The notes under the pieces: model-generated
Told to the model about the DNA's origin: nothing
Databases searched by the model: none
What the model saw: only the letters and a program-made list of their open reading frames with translations
Position numbers and translations under genes: made by a program
Shown here: positions 9,302 to 18,508 of the stretch, one piece after another
How positions within the stretch are numbered: position 1 is the stretch's first letter
How the letters are laid out: every line of letters begins with the position of its first letter
Source of the DNA: Minisyncoccota bacterium
Lineage (GTDB): Bacteria; Patescibacteriota; Minisyncoccia; JAHIHE01; JAGLIN01
Assembly: GCA_028690055.1 (NCBI GenBank)
Contig: JAQVBZ010000003.1
Coordinates: forward strand, 7,779 to 71,778
DNA: 64,000 bases
Reading direction: 5' to 3'

Positions 9302-10915
9302 ATGATTAACAAATACATCATAGAAGAAATCGTCAAGCGGGCCGCTGCGGGGAAGAAAGATTTTTCCGAAAAAAAGATATCTAAAATCAAGCGGGCCGCC
9401 TCGAAAAAATTCGGCACCTCCTGTCCTACAAACATTGAGCTACTACGTGAGTATCGCAAACTGTTAGCGCAGAAAGAAATTGTAAAAAGCGAAATCATCG
9501 AGAAAGCGCTGGTCACAAAAGAAATCCGCACCGAGTCTGGCGTGGCTATCGTGGCGATTCTGACCAAACCTTACCCCTGCCCGGGAAAATGCGCCTACTG
9601 CCCCGACGAGAAAAATATGCCCAAGAGTTACCTTTCCAACGAACCGGCCGTGATGCGCGCGGTACTCACCAAATTCCGTCCGTACGAGCAAGTGAAAGCA
9701 CGATTGGAATCGCTGGAAACCACCGGACACAAGACCGACAAGATTGAACTCATCGTAATGGGCGGGACTTTTTCGTATCTTCCCAAACGCTATCAGACTT
9801 GGTTTACCAAAGAATGTTTTCGCGCCTGCAATGAATTTGGCAAAGAAAAGGGAATTTATAAAGATTTAGATTTGGAAGCACAGCAAAAGAAAAACGAAAA
9901 AGCTAAAAAAAGAATCATAGGGCTGACGCTGGAAACGCGTCCGGATTATATCGACGAGAAAGAAATTCTCAGTATGCGCAAATTAGGCGCCACGCGCGTC
10001 GAACTCGGAGTGCAGAGTGTGTATGATGATGTTTTGAAGCTCAACCGGCGCGGACACGGCGTAGCGGAAACCGTGCGCGCCACCCGGCTGCTCAAAGAAG
10101 CGGGCTTCAAGGTCAACTATCATATGATGCCGGAACTCCCCGGCTCCGACGTGGAGCGGGACGTGCAAATGTTCGCGGAGCTTTTTGGCAATCCCGATTT
10201 CCAACCGGATATGATAAAGGTCTATCCCTGCGTAGTCGTCAAAGGCACCCTCATCTATAAATGGCTGCGAACGGGAAAATATCAACCCTATTCCGACCAA
10301 GAGCGCCTCGACATGCTAGCGCGCATCAAGAAGAATCTCCCCTACTATGTCCGCGTCACGCGTCTCATCCGCGACATCCCCTCGACCAGCATCATCGCAG
10401 GCAACAAGATTACGAACCTGAGACAAGCACTCGAAATGAAAAGTGAAAAGGAAGGATGGAAATGCAAATGCATCCGCTGCCGGGAAATACGCAGCGAGAC
10501 GCAGGTAGAAGAAAAAGATTTGCAACTTTTTCGCGAAAGCTACGAAGCATCCGACGGCAAAGAAATTTTTCTCACTTTCGAGGACAAAAAACGCGAACAC
10601 CTCTATTCGCTGCTGCGGCTAAGGATAAATTCCGAAGAAGCCGGTGCCAATCATTTCATCCCCGAACTACGAAACGCCGCTCTCATTCGCGAAGTCCATA
10701 CTTACGGCAAACTCGTGCCAGTCAAAACCCGTGACTCCAAATCCGCCCAGCACATCGGACTCGGGAGAAGGCTTCTTTTGGAAGCGGAAAAAATAGCCCG
10801 TGAAGAATTCGGAGCAAAAAAAATCGCCGTCATCAGCGGTGTGGGCGTGCGTGATTATTACCGTAAAAATGGTTATAAGTTAGAAGGAAGTTATATGGCG
10901 AGAAAATTATTATAG
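9302..10915 (+). CDS. elp3: Elp3-like tRNA uridine(34) carboxymethyl-modification radical-SAM / GNAT acetyltransferase
   Basis: 537 aa. A radical-SAM Cys cluster (CPGKCAYCP) is followed by the Elp3 signature RVELGVQSVYDDVL..RGHGV and a C-terminal GNAT-like domain. This two-domain layout is diagnostic of Elp3/KAT9 homologues. Confidence 0.8.
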   Translation: MINKYIIEEIVKRAAAGKKDFSEKKISKIKRAASKKFGTSCPTNIELLREYRKLLAQKEIVKSEIIEKALVTKEIRTESGVAIVAILTKPYPCPGKCAYCPDEKNMPKSYLSNEPAVMRAVLTKFRPYEQVKARLESLETTGHKTDKIELIVMGGTFSYLPKRYQTWFTKECFRACNEFGKEKGIYKDLDLEAQQKKNEKAKKRIIGLTLETRPDYIDEKEILSMRKLGATRVELGVQSVYDDVLKLNRRGHGVAETVRATRLLKEAGFKVNYHMMPELPGSDVERDVQMFAELFGNPDFQPDMIKVYPCVVVKGTLIYKWLRTGKYQPYSDQERLDMLARIKKNLPYYVRVTRLIRDIPSTSIIAGNKITNLRQALEMKSEKEGWKCKCIRCREIRSETQVEEKDLQLFRESYEASDGKEIFLTFEDKKREHLYSLLRLRINSEEAGANHFIPELRNAALIREVHTYGKLVPVKTRDSKSAQHIGLGRRLLLEAEKIAREEFGAKKIAVISGVGVRDYYRKNGYKLEGSYMARKLL

Positions 10916-10946
10916 AAACCTCCTAAAATTTCTAAATAACGCGGGG

Positions 10947-11027
10947 GTATCATCCTGAATGTAGCGGAGCGGAACGAAGGATCCCGTTACTATAATGGGA
11001 TTTTCGGAGTACCTCAGAATGACACGG
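10947..11027. repeat. Two-armed REP/MITE-like element (variant left arm)
   Basis: The left arm ATCATCCTGAATGTAGCGGAGCGGAACGAAGGATCCC is inverted relative to GGGATTTTCGGAGTACCTCAGAATGAC. The element lies directly after the elp3 stop. Confidence 0.6.
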
Positions 11028-11294
11028 TTCATTTAAATAAATTTAATCAACATATTTTGTAAATTGTATTTAACCACATCCCGAAAGGATGTGCGAAAGC
11101 AGGTAAAAACATAATCAATGAAATATCGTCTGGTGCGTATGGTTCACGCCCTTTCAGTCGTGGTCCAACAAATTAAAAACGCATTCCATAGAAACGTTAT
11201 ATTCTATGAATTATATTTAGGGGTCACGTCTGAAAAGGTATGAATGTTAAGCAAGGCATTTTTCTCTTGAGATAAAAAATTCTTGTTTTCGACG

Positions 11295-12008
11295 CTATCT
11301 TCTCATTTCCAAAACAATCTCCTCTCCGTTTTCTTTTCTTTTTCCCGCACGATCATAATAGCCTATTCTGACATCAGAAAAACCTGCTCCTTCCGCCAGC
11401 GCGCGTAATTCCTCCTCGGAAAATTGGTGCACGAAACGATTTACTATTGCCCCGCGTGTACCTTTCCAAGGCACGGTAACATCGCCACTGATTTTTCCCT
11501 CTAGTTGCGACCCGATATCAAACCGGCCACTCGCCCATTCGTTAAAAAGATTCCAGACAGTGATTTTCACGCGACCGTTCGGTCGCAAGACCCTCCGTAT
11601 CTCCTCGAAAAACTTTTTGTGCAGCAGGGGCGATGGCAGATGATGCAATACCGCAAAACTGATTATAAAATCAAATTCTTCGTCTCTGACCGGCAATTCT
11701 GTCGCCTCGCCTATGACAAAACGCACCCGGCCACTCTCGATTGCTCCCATATACCTTTCCTCGGCAATATCGATCAGGTTCTCCGCGATATCTACACCCA
11801 TATAACAAGCTTCTTTCTTCAACAGAAAAGGCAGCATCAGCCCGTTGCCGCAGCCGATGTCCAGCACTGTCGCGCCTGTCGGCAAATCGCCGATAAGGTT
11901 AAGCTTGATCTGCGAAGGTCGGCTCCGACTCTGATCCCATTCCCGAGCGATAAGATTGTAGTCGTCTTTAACTTTTTTCACTATCCTCTGCGGATCGGTT
12001 TGTGACAT
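11295..12008 (-). CDS. Class I SAM-dependent methyltransferase
   Basis: 237 aa with motif I (VLDIGCGNG) and a post-I acidic residue (MGVDI); Methyltransf_11-like. Confidence 0.75.
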   Translation of the reverse strand: MSQTDPQRIVKKVKDDYNLIAREWDQSRSRPSQIKLNLIGDLPTGATVLDIGCGNGLMLPFLLKKEACYMGVDIAENLIDIAEERYMGAIESGRVRFVIGEATELPVRDEEFDFIISFAVLHHLPSPLLHKKFFEEIRRVLRPNGRVKITVWNLFNEWASGRFDIGSQLEGKISGDVTVPWKGTRGAIVNRFVHQFSEEELRALAEGAGFSDVRIGYYDRAGKRKENGEEIVLEMRR

Positions 12009-12106
12009 ATATTTAAAATTACAATAAAAAGTTGCTACCTTAATAATAGTTTTTATAGGAACTTTTGTCTACAAAAAAAGGGAAGAGCATAAGTTCTTCC
12101 TTAAAT

Positions 12107-12544
12107 TTAAAACGGTAAGATTATATCGTCGGCGTCGAAATTTATTTCGAGTACTACATCTTGTAGCGGGCGCCAGTTACCGTGAACATAAACTTTGAAG
12201 TTAAATTTCGTACTTGCTGGAATCAAATGCCACAGGGCTTCGTATGCAGTATTTATTTCACTGCGATCGAACTCTAGGTGGTACGTCTTATCATACTTAT
12301 CTATGCGCTCTAACATCTTTATAAATAATGTAGGACTGCTGCATATTTTAAACGCTACTTCCGAACTCGGAATTTCCACATCTATACCACCGGATTCTGA
12401 GGCAGTAAGAGAGTATAATTTGCCTTCGGTGTCTCCATAACTGCGCTTTGCAGGAGACGCAGTAGCTGACGATACGGTTGTCGACAGCACAATCAGCACG
12501 ATAAGTACCGATGATATTTTCCGTATTTTTCTCGATGAGATCAT
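12107..12544 (-). CDS. Hypothetical secreted protein
   Basis: 145 aa with a signal-peptide-like N-terminus (KISSVLIVLIVLSTTVSSATA) and no recognisable domain. Confidence 0.35.
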   Translation of the reverse strand: MISSRKIRKISSVLIVLIVLSTTVSSATASPAKRSYGDTEGKLYSLTASESGGIDVEIPSSEVAFKICSSPTLFIKMLERIDKYDKTYHLEFDRSEINTAYEALWHLIPASTKFNFKVYVHGNWRPLQDVVLEINFDADDIILPF

Positions 12545-13047
12545 TCTATCTTTCTCCTAAATAGAAAAACCCCCAACCACCGTCGTCAATCCTAGCATAA
12601 AAATATTATTTGTCAGTTGATTGATCTGATTTTAGCTGCGGATTTATTTACAAAGAAGCGCGAAATAATCCGCCTTTTAAGACCACGAACTATGGTAGGG
12701 CCAGGCTGAGGCTCCTTTTTTCTCATGACTTCAGATGCCTGCAAATAGCCATAAAACTGCCCTTGATTCCCATTCCGAAACTAACCGGAAGCAAGACTCA
12801 GCTCATCCACAAAATCCCCGAAGGAATAATCATATGGATTGGATAAAATCAGAAAATACTTTCTGCCATCCCTTTAATATCCAAAAAACAGAAAAAATGT
12901 CCGGCAAATAAAACTATAAAAATAGCCAAGCTGTTCCAAGGGCATAACCGAACTTCTCGCAGCCTCATCCATTTTTGAAAGATAAAAAACAGACATAAAA
13001 ATTCTTATTTCTCGAATCTTTATGCCCGCACTGCATGATTTACAATT

Positions 13048-13560
13048 TTATATTTTCATTTCTTCGACCAGCTTTCTTACATCCGGGCCATAGTCATCCT
13101 GATACCCCTCATCACCGATACATGCGCGTTTTGACACTTGTCTGCTCCACATCCATTCTCCGTCCTTTATTTCGAACTGCATATTAGGAACAAAGAAATA
13201 TACCCGCGCATGGAACTGCGCCGCATCTGCGACATCATCGACGGTCCATTCATGAAGATGGATACCGTTTTCGCCAACGAATTGCACCCCTTGCTGCCCG
13301 AGTTGCATCGCACACCTATCACTGGTAGCGATTTTAATATCACTGATTTTATCGAAATGGACCTGGAATGATTCGGTCCCGCTTTTTTCAAAATGATAAG
13401 CGGATGCCGGTTGTACTGCTATGACTATGGATAGCAACGATACGATGGCCAAGGAAGAAAGCCCCTTTTTGTTCTCCATATTTTTCACCTCAACAGAAAC
13501 GTGTGCCGTATTCACAAAAAGACGCAAAAATTTTGCGCCTTTTTGTAAAATACGACCCAC
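13048..13560 (-). CDS. Hypothetical secreted protein
   Basis: 170 aa with an N-terminal signal/TM segment (LSSLAIVSLLSIVIAVQPASA) and a Cys-containing mature part. Confidence 0.35.
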   Translation of the reverse strand: MGRILQKGAKFLRLFVNTAHVSVEVKNMENKKGLSSLAIVSLLSIVIAVQPASAYHFEKSGTESFQVHFDKISDIKIATSDRCAMQLGQQGVQFVGENGIHLHEWTVDDVADAAQFHARVYFFVPNMQFEIKDGEWMWSRQVSKRACIGDEGYQDDYGPDVRKLVEEMKI

Positions 13561-13604
13561 TGTCAGTTCAACCTAAAACCTGGTTTGAATCGACCTTACA
13601 ATCG

Positions 13605-14525
13605 TTATGACTTCAGATATCGGCGGATGGCAATGAAGCTGCTCAAGATTCCCATGCCTACCCCGATTAGAAGTAATACCCCGCTGATGTTCCAGAAATT
13701 GCCTATGAAATAGTCATACAGATAAAAACCGGAAAAGATTTGTGCCATCCGTACGGACAGCGAAACAGACAAGAGGTAAGTGAGTAGCATGGTTACGGCG
13801 CATCCTATCACCCCGAAAATCGCGCCCTCGATAACAAAAGGCAGCTTGATATACCAGTTGCTCGCTCCCACCAGCCGCATAATCTCAATTTCGACTCGAT
13901 GCGAATACATCGCTAATCGTATAGTATTGAAAGCAATCAAGATACTGATGGCCACGAAGAGCAGCGTGAGCGTGGTGATACCCCGACGAACATTATCGAG
14001 CGCATTGGAAAGACTCTCGATTACGTCTTTATTCTCTCCGTAGTCCACTTCCTTAATGATTGATTTATAGTTCTGATTGCCTTTGATATAATCATCTACT
14101 GTCTCAAACTGTCCCAGCTCATTGGTCTTTATATTAAGCACGGCGAAGAGAGGATTATCCCCCAACTCTTCAAGGCTCTCATTGATATCCTGATCATCCA
14201 CATGCGCCTCTTTAAAACTTAAGAGAGCCTGATCTTTGGAGACATAAATCACGCCCTTGACCTCCGACATATTTTCCAAATCCTTCTTGAGACTGAGAAT
14301 TTTCTCCTCGCTGGCATCGTCCTGGAACTGGATGGAGATATCTATCTTGTTCTGGAAAGATTGCAGGGTATGATTTCCCACCGCATCGATTACCAGGCTT
14401 ACAGATACGGTAAAGAGCGCTATCACGATAATTATAACGGTCGCCATATTCAGCCAAACGTTCCGGGTTAAATCCTGAACGGCTGAAGTTATAAGCCTCT
14501 TGAAACTTCTACTCCAAAACATCAT
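13605..14525 (-). CDS. ftsX: Cell-division ABC transporter permease FtsX
   Basis: 306 aa with an N-terminal TM, a periplasmic loop and 3 C-terminal TM helices. The RLAMYSHRVEIEIMRLVGA motif is typical of FtsX. It sits immediately downstream of ftsE. Confidence 0.85.
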   Translation of the reverse strand: MMFWSRSFKRLITSAVQDLTRNVWLNMATVIIIVIALFTVSVSLVIDAVGNHTLQSFQNKIDISIQFQDDASEEKILSLKKDLENMSEVKGVIYVSKDQALLSFKEAHVDDQDINESLEELGDNPLFAVLNIKTNELGQFETVDDYIKGNQNYKSIIKEVDYGENKDVIESLSNALDNVRRGITTLTLLFVAISILIAFNTIRLAMYSHRVEIEIMRLVGASNWYIKLPFVIEGAIFGVIGCAVTMLLTYLLSVSLSVRMAQIFSGFYLYDYFIGNFWNISGVLLLIGVGMGILSSFIAIRRYLKS

Positions 14526-14587
14526 TTTTGTTTCTGAAAATTGATAAAGATTATATCACAAAGACTATATATACGTGTATGACTTTG

Positions 14588-14626
14588 TAAATATCGCCCC
14601 CTCTCCCATCGGGAGAGGGTTAGGGT
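14588..14626. repeat. Hairpin plus G-tract repeat (CCCCCTCTCCCATCGGGAGAGGGTTAGGGTGGGGGAGG)
   Basis: A 9-bp perfect stem CCCTCTCCC/GGGAGAGGG is followed by four G-tracts. Related copies lie at 38625-38665 (opposite strand), 56150-56188 and 63367-63425. Confidence 0.6.
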
Positions 14627-14689
14627 GGGGGAGGAATAATGCTCTTGTATCCCAATCCTATTTTTCACAGTTCCGTCCCGCGTAATAAC

Positions 14690-14718
14690 GGGATCCTTCG
14701 GAGTACCTCAGAATGACA
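14690..14718. repeat. Solo arm of the REP/MITE-like family, inside the ftsE-ftsX intergenic region
   Basis: GGGATCCTTCGGAGTACCTCAGAATGACAG lies between the ftsE stop (14728) and the ftsX start (14525). Confidence 0.6.
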
Positions 14719-14727
14719 GGTTAAATC

Positions 14728-15411
14728 TTATATGATATATTTCCCTCGGTCAAGCTGGTCCTTGGCAATCCTGCCGTTGTCAATCGTAATGACTCTTTTA
14801 TTGAGAAGGTTTACCACTTCGTGATTGTGCGTCGCCAGAATGACAGTAGTACCGTACTGATTAATTTTGGTGAGCAATTGCACGATATCCCAAGTGTTGA
14901 CCATATCCAAGTTTCCCGTCGGCTCATCCGCCACAATGATATCCGGACGGTGTACCAATGCCCTCGCAATCGAAACGCGCTGCTTCTCTCCGCCCGAAAG
15001 CTCATGAGGATAGCGGGCGACTTTCTCTGCCAAACCGACGATGTCCAAAACTTGCGGCACATCAATCTCGATTTCCTGATCACTCTTGCCGGAAACTTCC
15101 ATAGCAAAAGCCACGTTCTCAAAAACGGTTTTTTTGTCCAGAAGTTTGAAATCTTGGAAGACCACGCCGATATGTCTACGCAACACGGGCAGCTTGCTTT
15201 CCTTGATCTGAGTGATATCGCGACCCTTGATATAAACTTTGCCCTGTGTCGGTTTTTCTTCGGCAAATATCATCTTGAGCAACGTGGACTTCCCCGCCCC
15301 GCTCTGGCCGACGATAGAAACGAACTCCCCTTCTTTGATTTCGAAATTGATATCATGAAGAGCGGCTCCGTTCTGGTTGTATTGTTTAAAAACGTTATCA
15401 AAAAGTATCAT
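14728..15411 (-). CDS. ftsE: Cell-division ATP-binding protein FtsE
   Basis: 227 aa with Walker A GQSGAGKST, the ABC signature LSGGEKQR and Walker B IIVADEPTGNLD. Confidence 0.9.
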   Translation of the reverse strand: MILFDNVFKQYNQNGAALHDINFEIKEGEFVSIVGQSGAGKSTLLKMIFAEEKPTQGKVYIKGRDITQIKESKLPVLRRHIGVVFQDFKLLDKKTVFENVAFAMEVSGKSDQEIEIDVPQVLDIVGLAEKVARYPHELSGGEKQRVSIARALVHRPDIIVADEPTGNLDMVNTWDIVQLLTKINQYGTTVILATHNHEVVNLLNKRVITIDNGRIAKDQLDRGKYII

Positions 15412-15538
15412 CTTTTGGTTCTTTATATCTTATGCCGAATTAACGCAATGCTATAAGCATCTTACATCCCATCGAGAAGGCAGGGCCGGTAGAAACAAAT
15501 AATTTTTAAACATTATTTTCTCCGCATTGTCCGATTTT

Positions 15539-16036
15539 CTACTTCTTCTCCGCTTTCGCCTTCTTTAATTTGAAGACTTTTCTCTCATTATATTCCGAAA
15601 CTTTTCCGTTATTCCACTGCTGTACCGGGCGCAAATATCCCACCACGCGCGAATAAACTTCGCAGGGCTGTTCAATCAGACATTTGGGGCAAGTAAAATG
15701 TTCTCCTACCAAATAGCCATGATTCGGGCAAATGCTGAAAGTCGGAGTCAGCGACAGATAAGGCAGAGAATGCTTCTCGAAAATCTTCTTAATGATCAGT
15801 TTAGCCTCTTGACCGCTCGGCAGTCTCTCTCCTACAAAAGCGTGTAGCACTGTTCCTCCGGTATATTTGGTCTGTAACGGATCTTGCAATCTTACCGCTT
15901 CAAAGAGATCGTCAGTATATCCTACCGGCAGCTGAGTCGAATTGGTGTAATATGGTTCTCCTTTTGCTTTAGCTTCCTGAATTTTTGTAGCTTTTGTCAT
16001 AGTTTTAAAATTATGTTTTAAAAATATCCGGTCCAA
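15539..16036 (-). CDS. Stand-alone NrdD C-terminal zinc-ribbon/glycyl-radical domain (anaerobic ribonucleotide reductase fragment or spare-part-like protein)
   Basis: 165 aa. The sequence YYTNSTQLPVGY...LQTKYTGGTVLHAFVGE...TPTFSICPNHGYLVGEHFTCPKC...EVYSRVVGYLRPVQQWNNGKVSEYNERKV matches the conserved C-terminus of class III RNR, where the RVxGYL glycine-radical loop is followed by WNxGKxxEYxxRK. No NrdD body lies upstream. Confidence 0.6.
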   Translation of the reverse strand: MDRIFLKHNFKTMTKATKIQEAKAKGEPYYTNSTQLPVGYTDDLFEAVRLQDPLQTKYTGGTVLHAFVGERLPSGQEAKLIIKKIFEKHSLPYLSLTPTFSICPNHGYLVGEHFTCPKCLIEQPCEVYSRVVGYLRPVQQWNNGKVSEYNERKVFKLKKAKAEKK

Positions 16037-16089
16037 ACAAGATTCTTTATATTACTGTGCCGAATTTCTCGTCGTCAGCGATAATCGTT

Positions 16090-16863
16090 TTAATTGACTC
16101 CCGCCCATACTTTCGCGACATCATAAGAGTCGAACTGCTGCTGCTGCAAAGACCTCATATCTACTCCAAAAGCCCCGTAGTCTTTATTAGCCAAATCATA
16201 AATCGCCGTCTGATAAATCATTTTGCTGTCATCCGTCGAGAAGACAACGTTACCTACCATATCATATTTACTATCCATGATTCCAAAAGACATAAATTCA
16301 TCTTTTCGCGCAGGATTGTAAAGTTTAAATATCACTGAACCGTCAATACTATCAGTACTTACAACCACGAGAGTAGTTCTATCATGAGATATGGTCTTCA
16401 CGGAACCCTCTGTTTCTCCGTATATTTTTTCCATTTGCCCGGATTTCAAATCAATTCTATAGAGACATGAATAATTATCTTCGAACGGTATATATCCGCC
16501 CGCCCCTTCGCGCTTCGTAGTCAAGAACAGACTATTGCCAGCCTGAGCCAAACGTTTAACGGAAAAATAAAAATCTTCTTTCATCTTCCCGATTTCGATT
16601 TCTCCGTTCTTAACCGTAAACACCTGAGAAATATCCTTCCCGTCCTCCGCCTCTATTTTTAGATTATCAAGAGAAATTGCATTTCCGATTTTATTGTTTT
16701 CTACGGCCTGTTCAGGGTTTTTGTCCCCCATAAAGACACTGAAATTATCGAAATAATACAAAGTCGCGCATATCAGCAAAATAACTGCCAACGCCAGAAC
16801 AGTTTCTAACGGATTCTTCTTTTTTTCCGGAGAATTCCCCGCATTCTCGACCCACTCTTCCAT
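16090..16863 (-). CDS. Hypothetical membrane-anchored extracytoplasmic protein
   Basis: 257 aa with an N-terminal TM (LALAVILLICATLYYF) and a beta-rich C-terminal domain; no assignable family. Confidence 0.4.
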   Translation of the reverse strand: MEEWVENAGNSPEKKKNPLETVLALAVILLICATLYYFDNFSVFMGDKNPEQAVENNKIGNAISLDNLKIEAEDGKDISQVFTVKNGEIEIGKMKEDFYFSVKRLAQAGNSLFLTTKREGAGGYIPFEDNYSCLYRIDLKSGQMEKIYGETEGSVKTISHDRTTLVVVSTDSIDGSVIFKLYNPARKDEFMSFGIMDSKYDMVGNVVFSTDDSKMIYQTAIYDLANKDYGAFGVDMRSLQQQQFDSYDVAKVWAGVN

Positions 16864-16978
16864 ATTTTTTACAGATTAGGTTAAGATTAGGCTAAAAAAT
16901 ATCAGTTATCCGTTAGGCAGCTTTTATTGCGAAACAGTTATGCATTCCGTACTCCCATTATACATCAAAAAGTTATTT

Positions 16979-17344
16979 TTAGGTAGTCGCACTCTCCACT
17001 ACTTTCTTATCAGCCTTTCTTTCCTTCAAGAAAAAGAAAATTCCGGCAGAAATATAAAATAATGCGGACACGAAAGATAGAGAGGCGAGAGAATACGCAC
17101 CCAAAACATCGATTGTAGCCGTAGTTGCAAATATCATAAATATTACCACCAATACACTTAAAACAGCTCCCGCAAATTTTCTCCGGCTAGACGACAAACC
17201 GACCACTTTCCTCTTCAACCTCAAGAAAACAACAGGAGAAATAAATATAAAAGAATACAGGACAATAGCTAAATAACCGCCAAGTCCGATTCCATCAGAA
17301 CAATGATTCTGATAGCACCTTATATCATCGGGAACGACAGACAA
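16979..17344 (-). CDS. Small hypothetical membrane protein
   Basis: 121 aa with 3 predicted TM helices. Confidence 0.3.
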   Translation of the reverse strand: MSVVPDDIRCYQNHCSDGIGLGGYLAIVLYSFIFISPVVFLRLKRKVVGLSSSRRKFAGAVLSVLVVIFMIFATTATIDVLGAYSLASLSFVSALFYISAGIFFFLKERKADKKVVESATT

Positions 17345-17421
17345 AAAAGTAAAGATAAGATAAAAATCCCCATAATGCCAAACGCCAGCCTTTAATTTTC
17401 ATCTTTATAGCTAAAATAAAA

Positions 17422-18508
17422 TTAACTCCTCAGCCTCGCCTCGATAAAACCCTCGATATCTCCATCCAGCACATCTTCTGTCTGTGCCGTTTCCATTTTG
17501 GTTCGATGATCCTTGACCATTTTGTAGGGATGCAAAACATAGGACCTGATCTGATTTCCCCACTCTGCCGATTTATATTCTCCCCGCAAATCCCGTTTCG
17601 CCTTTTCTTCTTCTTCTTTTCTCAGCGTATATAATTTTGACCGCAACATATTCATCGCCTCCTCTTTGTTCTGCATCTGGCTTCTTTCGTTCTGGCACGC
17701 TACCACGATTCCGGTCGCAAGATGCGTGATGCGTACCGCCGAGTCCGTTTTGTTGACATGTTGCCCACCTGCGCCCGAGGAACGATAGGTGTCGATGCGG
17801 ATTTCTTCATCCCTTATCGGTACTTCGGCATTGTCAGCGATTTCCGGCAGAACTTCAACCGAAGCAAAAGATGTTTGACGCAAGCTGTCTGCATTAAAAG
17901 GCGACAAACGTACCAATCGATGCACTCCGATTTCATTTTTCAGATAACCGTAAGCATATTTACCCGTAACCTTAAAAGTAGCACTCTTGATGCCGGCCTC
18001 CTCGCCGCGAGAATCATGAGTGATTTGCGTTTTGTAATTTTTTCTTTCCGCATACCGAAGATACATCCGAAGCAGCATCTCGGAGAAATCCTGAGCATCC
18101 ACTCCGCCCGCCCCGGAGCGTATCGTCACGATAGCATTGGACGGATCATTTTTTCCGTTCATAAAGACCAAATGCTCGTTTTTTAGAAAGATTTCCTCGA
18201 TTTCAGCAAGTTTATTTTCGATTTCCGCCTTAAGTTCTTTATCCTCCTCACTTTCCGCGAGTTTCGCCATTTCCTCCAAACTTGCGACTTCATCCCGGAG
18301 TCCATTCCAAAAAGCGATCGTTTCTCGACCGTTCTCGATTTGCCGCATTATCTTCCCTGCCTTCTCCGGCTCGCTCCAAAAGTCTTCTTTCTGACTCAAA
18401 GACTCCAGTTCCCACACCTCTTTTTCCTTTTGAGCGAGGTCAAAGACGGTCACTTACGGCAAGTATCCTGTCTTTCAGATCCTCAATTTTTTCGATGGTT
18501 TCTTTCAT
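17422..18508 (-). CDS. prfB: Peptide chain release factor 2, expressed via programmed +1 frameshift
   Basis: Frame 0 begins with ATG at 18508 (MKETIEKIEDLKDRILAVSDRL) and ends at an in-frame UGA within CTT TGA C at about 18440-18446. The +1 frame continues as DLAQKEKEVW... through the universal SGAGGQHVNKT motif (GGQ) and the RF2 SPF-region. The list ORF 17422..18453 is the downstream segment. Confidence 0.9.

Noticed and set aside
17422-18453. Alternative genetic code, with UGA read as Gly or Trp as in some CPR lineages
   Set aside because: The prfB autoregulatory site uses UGA as the frameshift-inducing stop. Conserved genes here (gyrB, pheT, the Clp gene, the P-type ATPase) end at ordinary stops without internal UGA. 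The standard code is retained.
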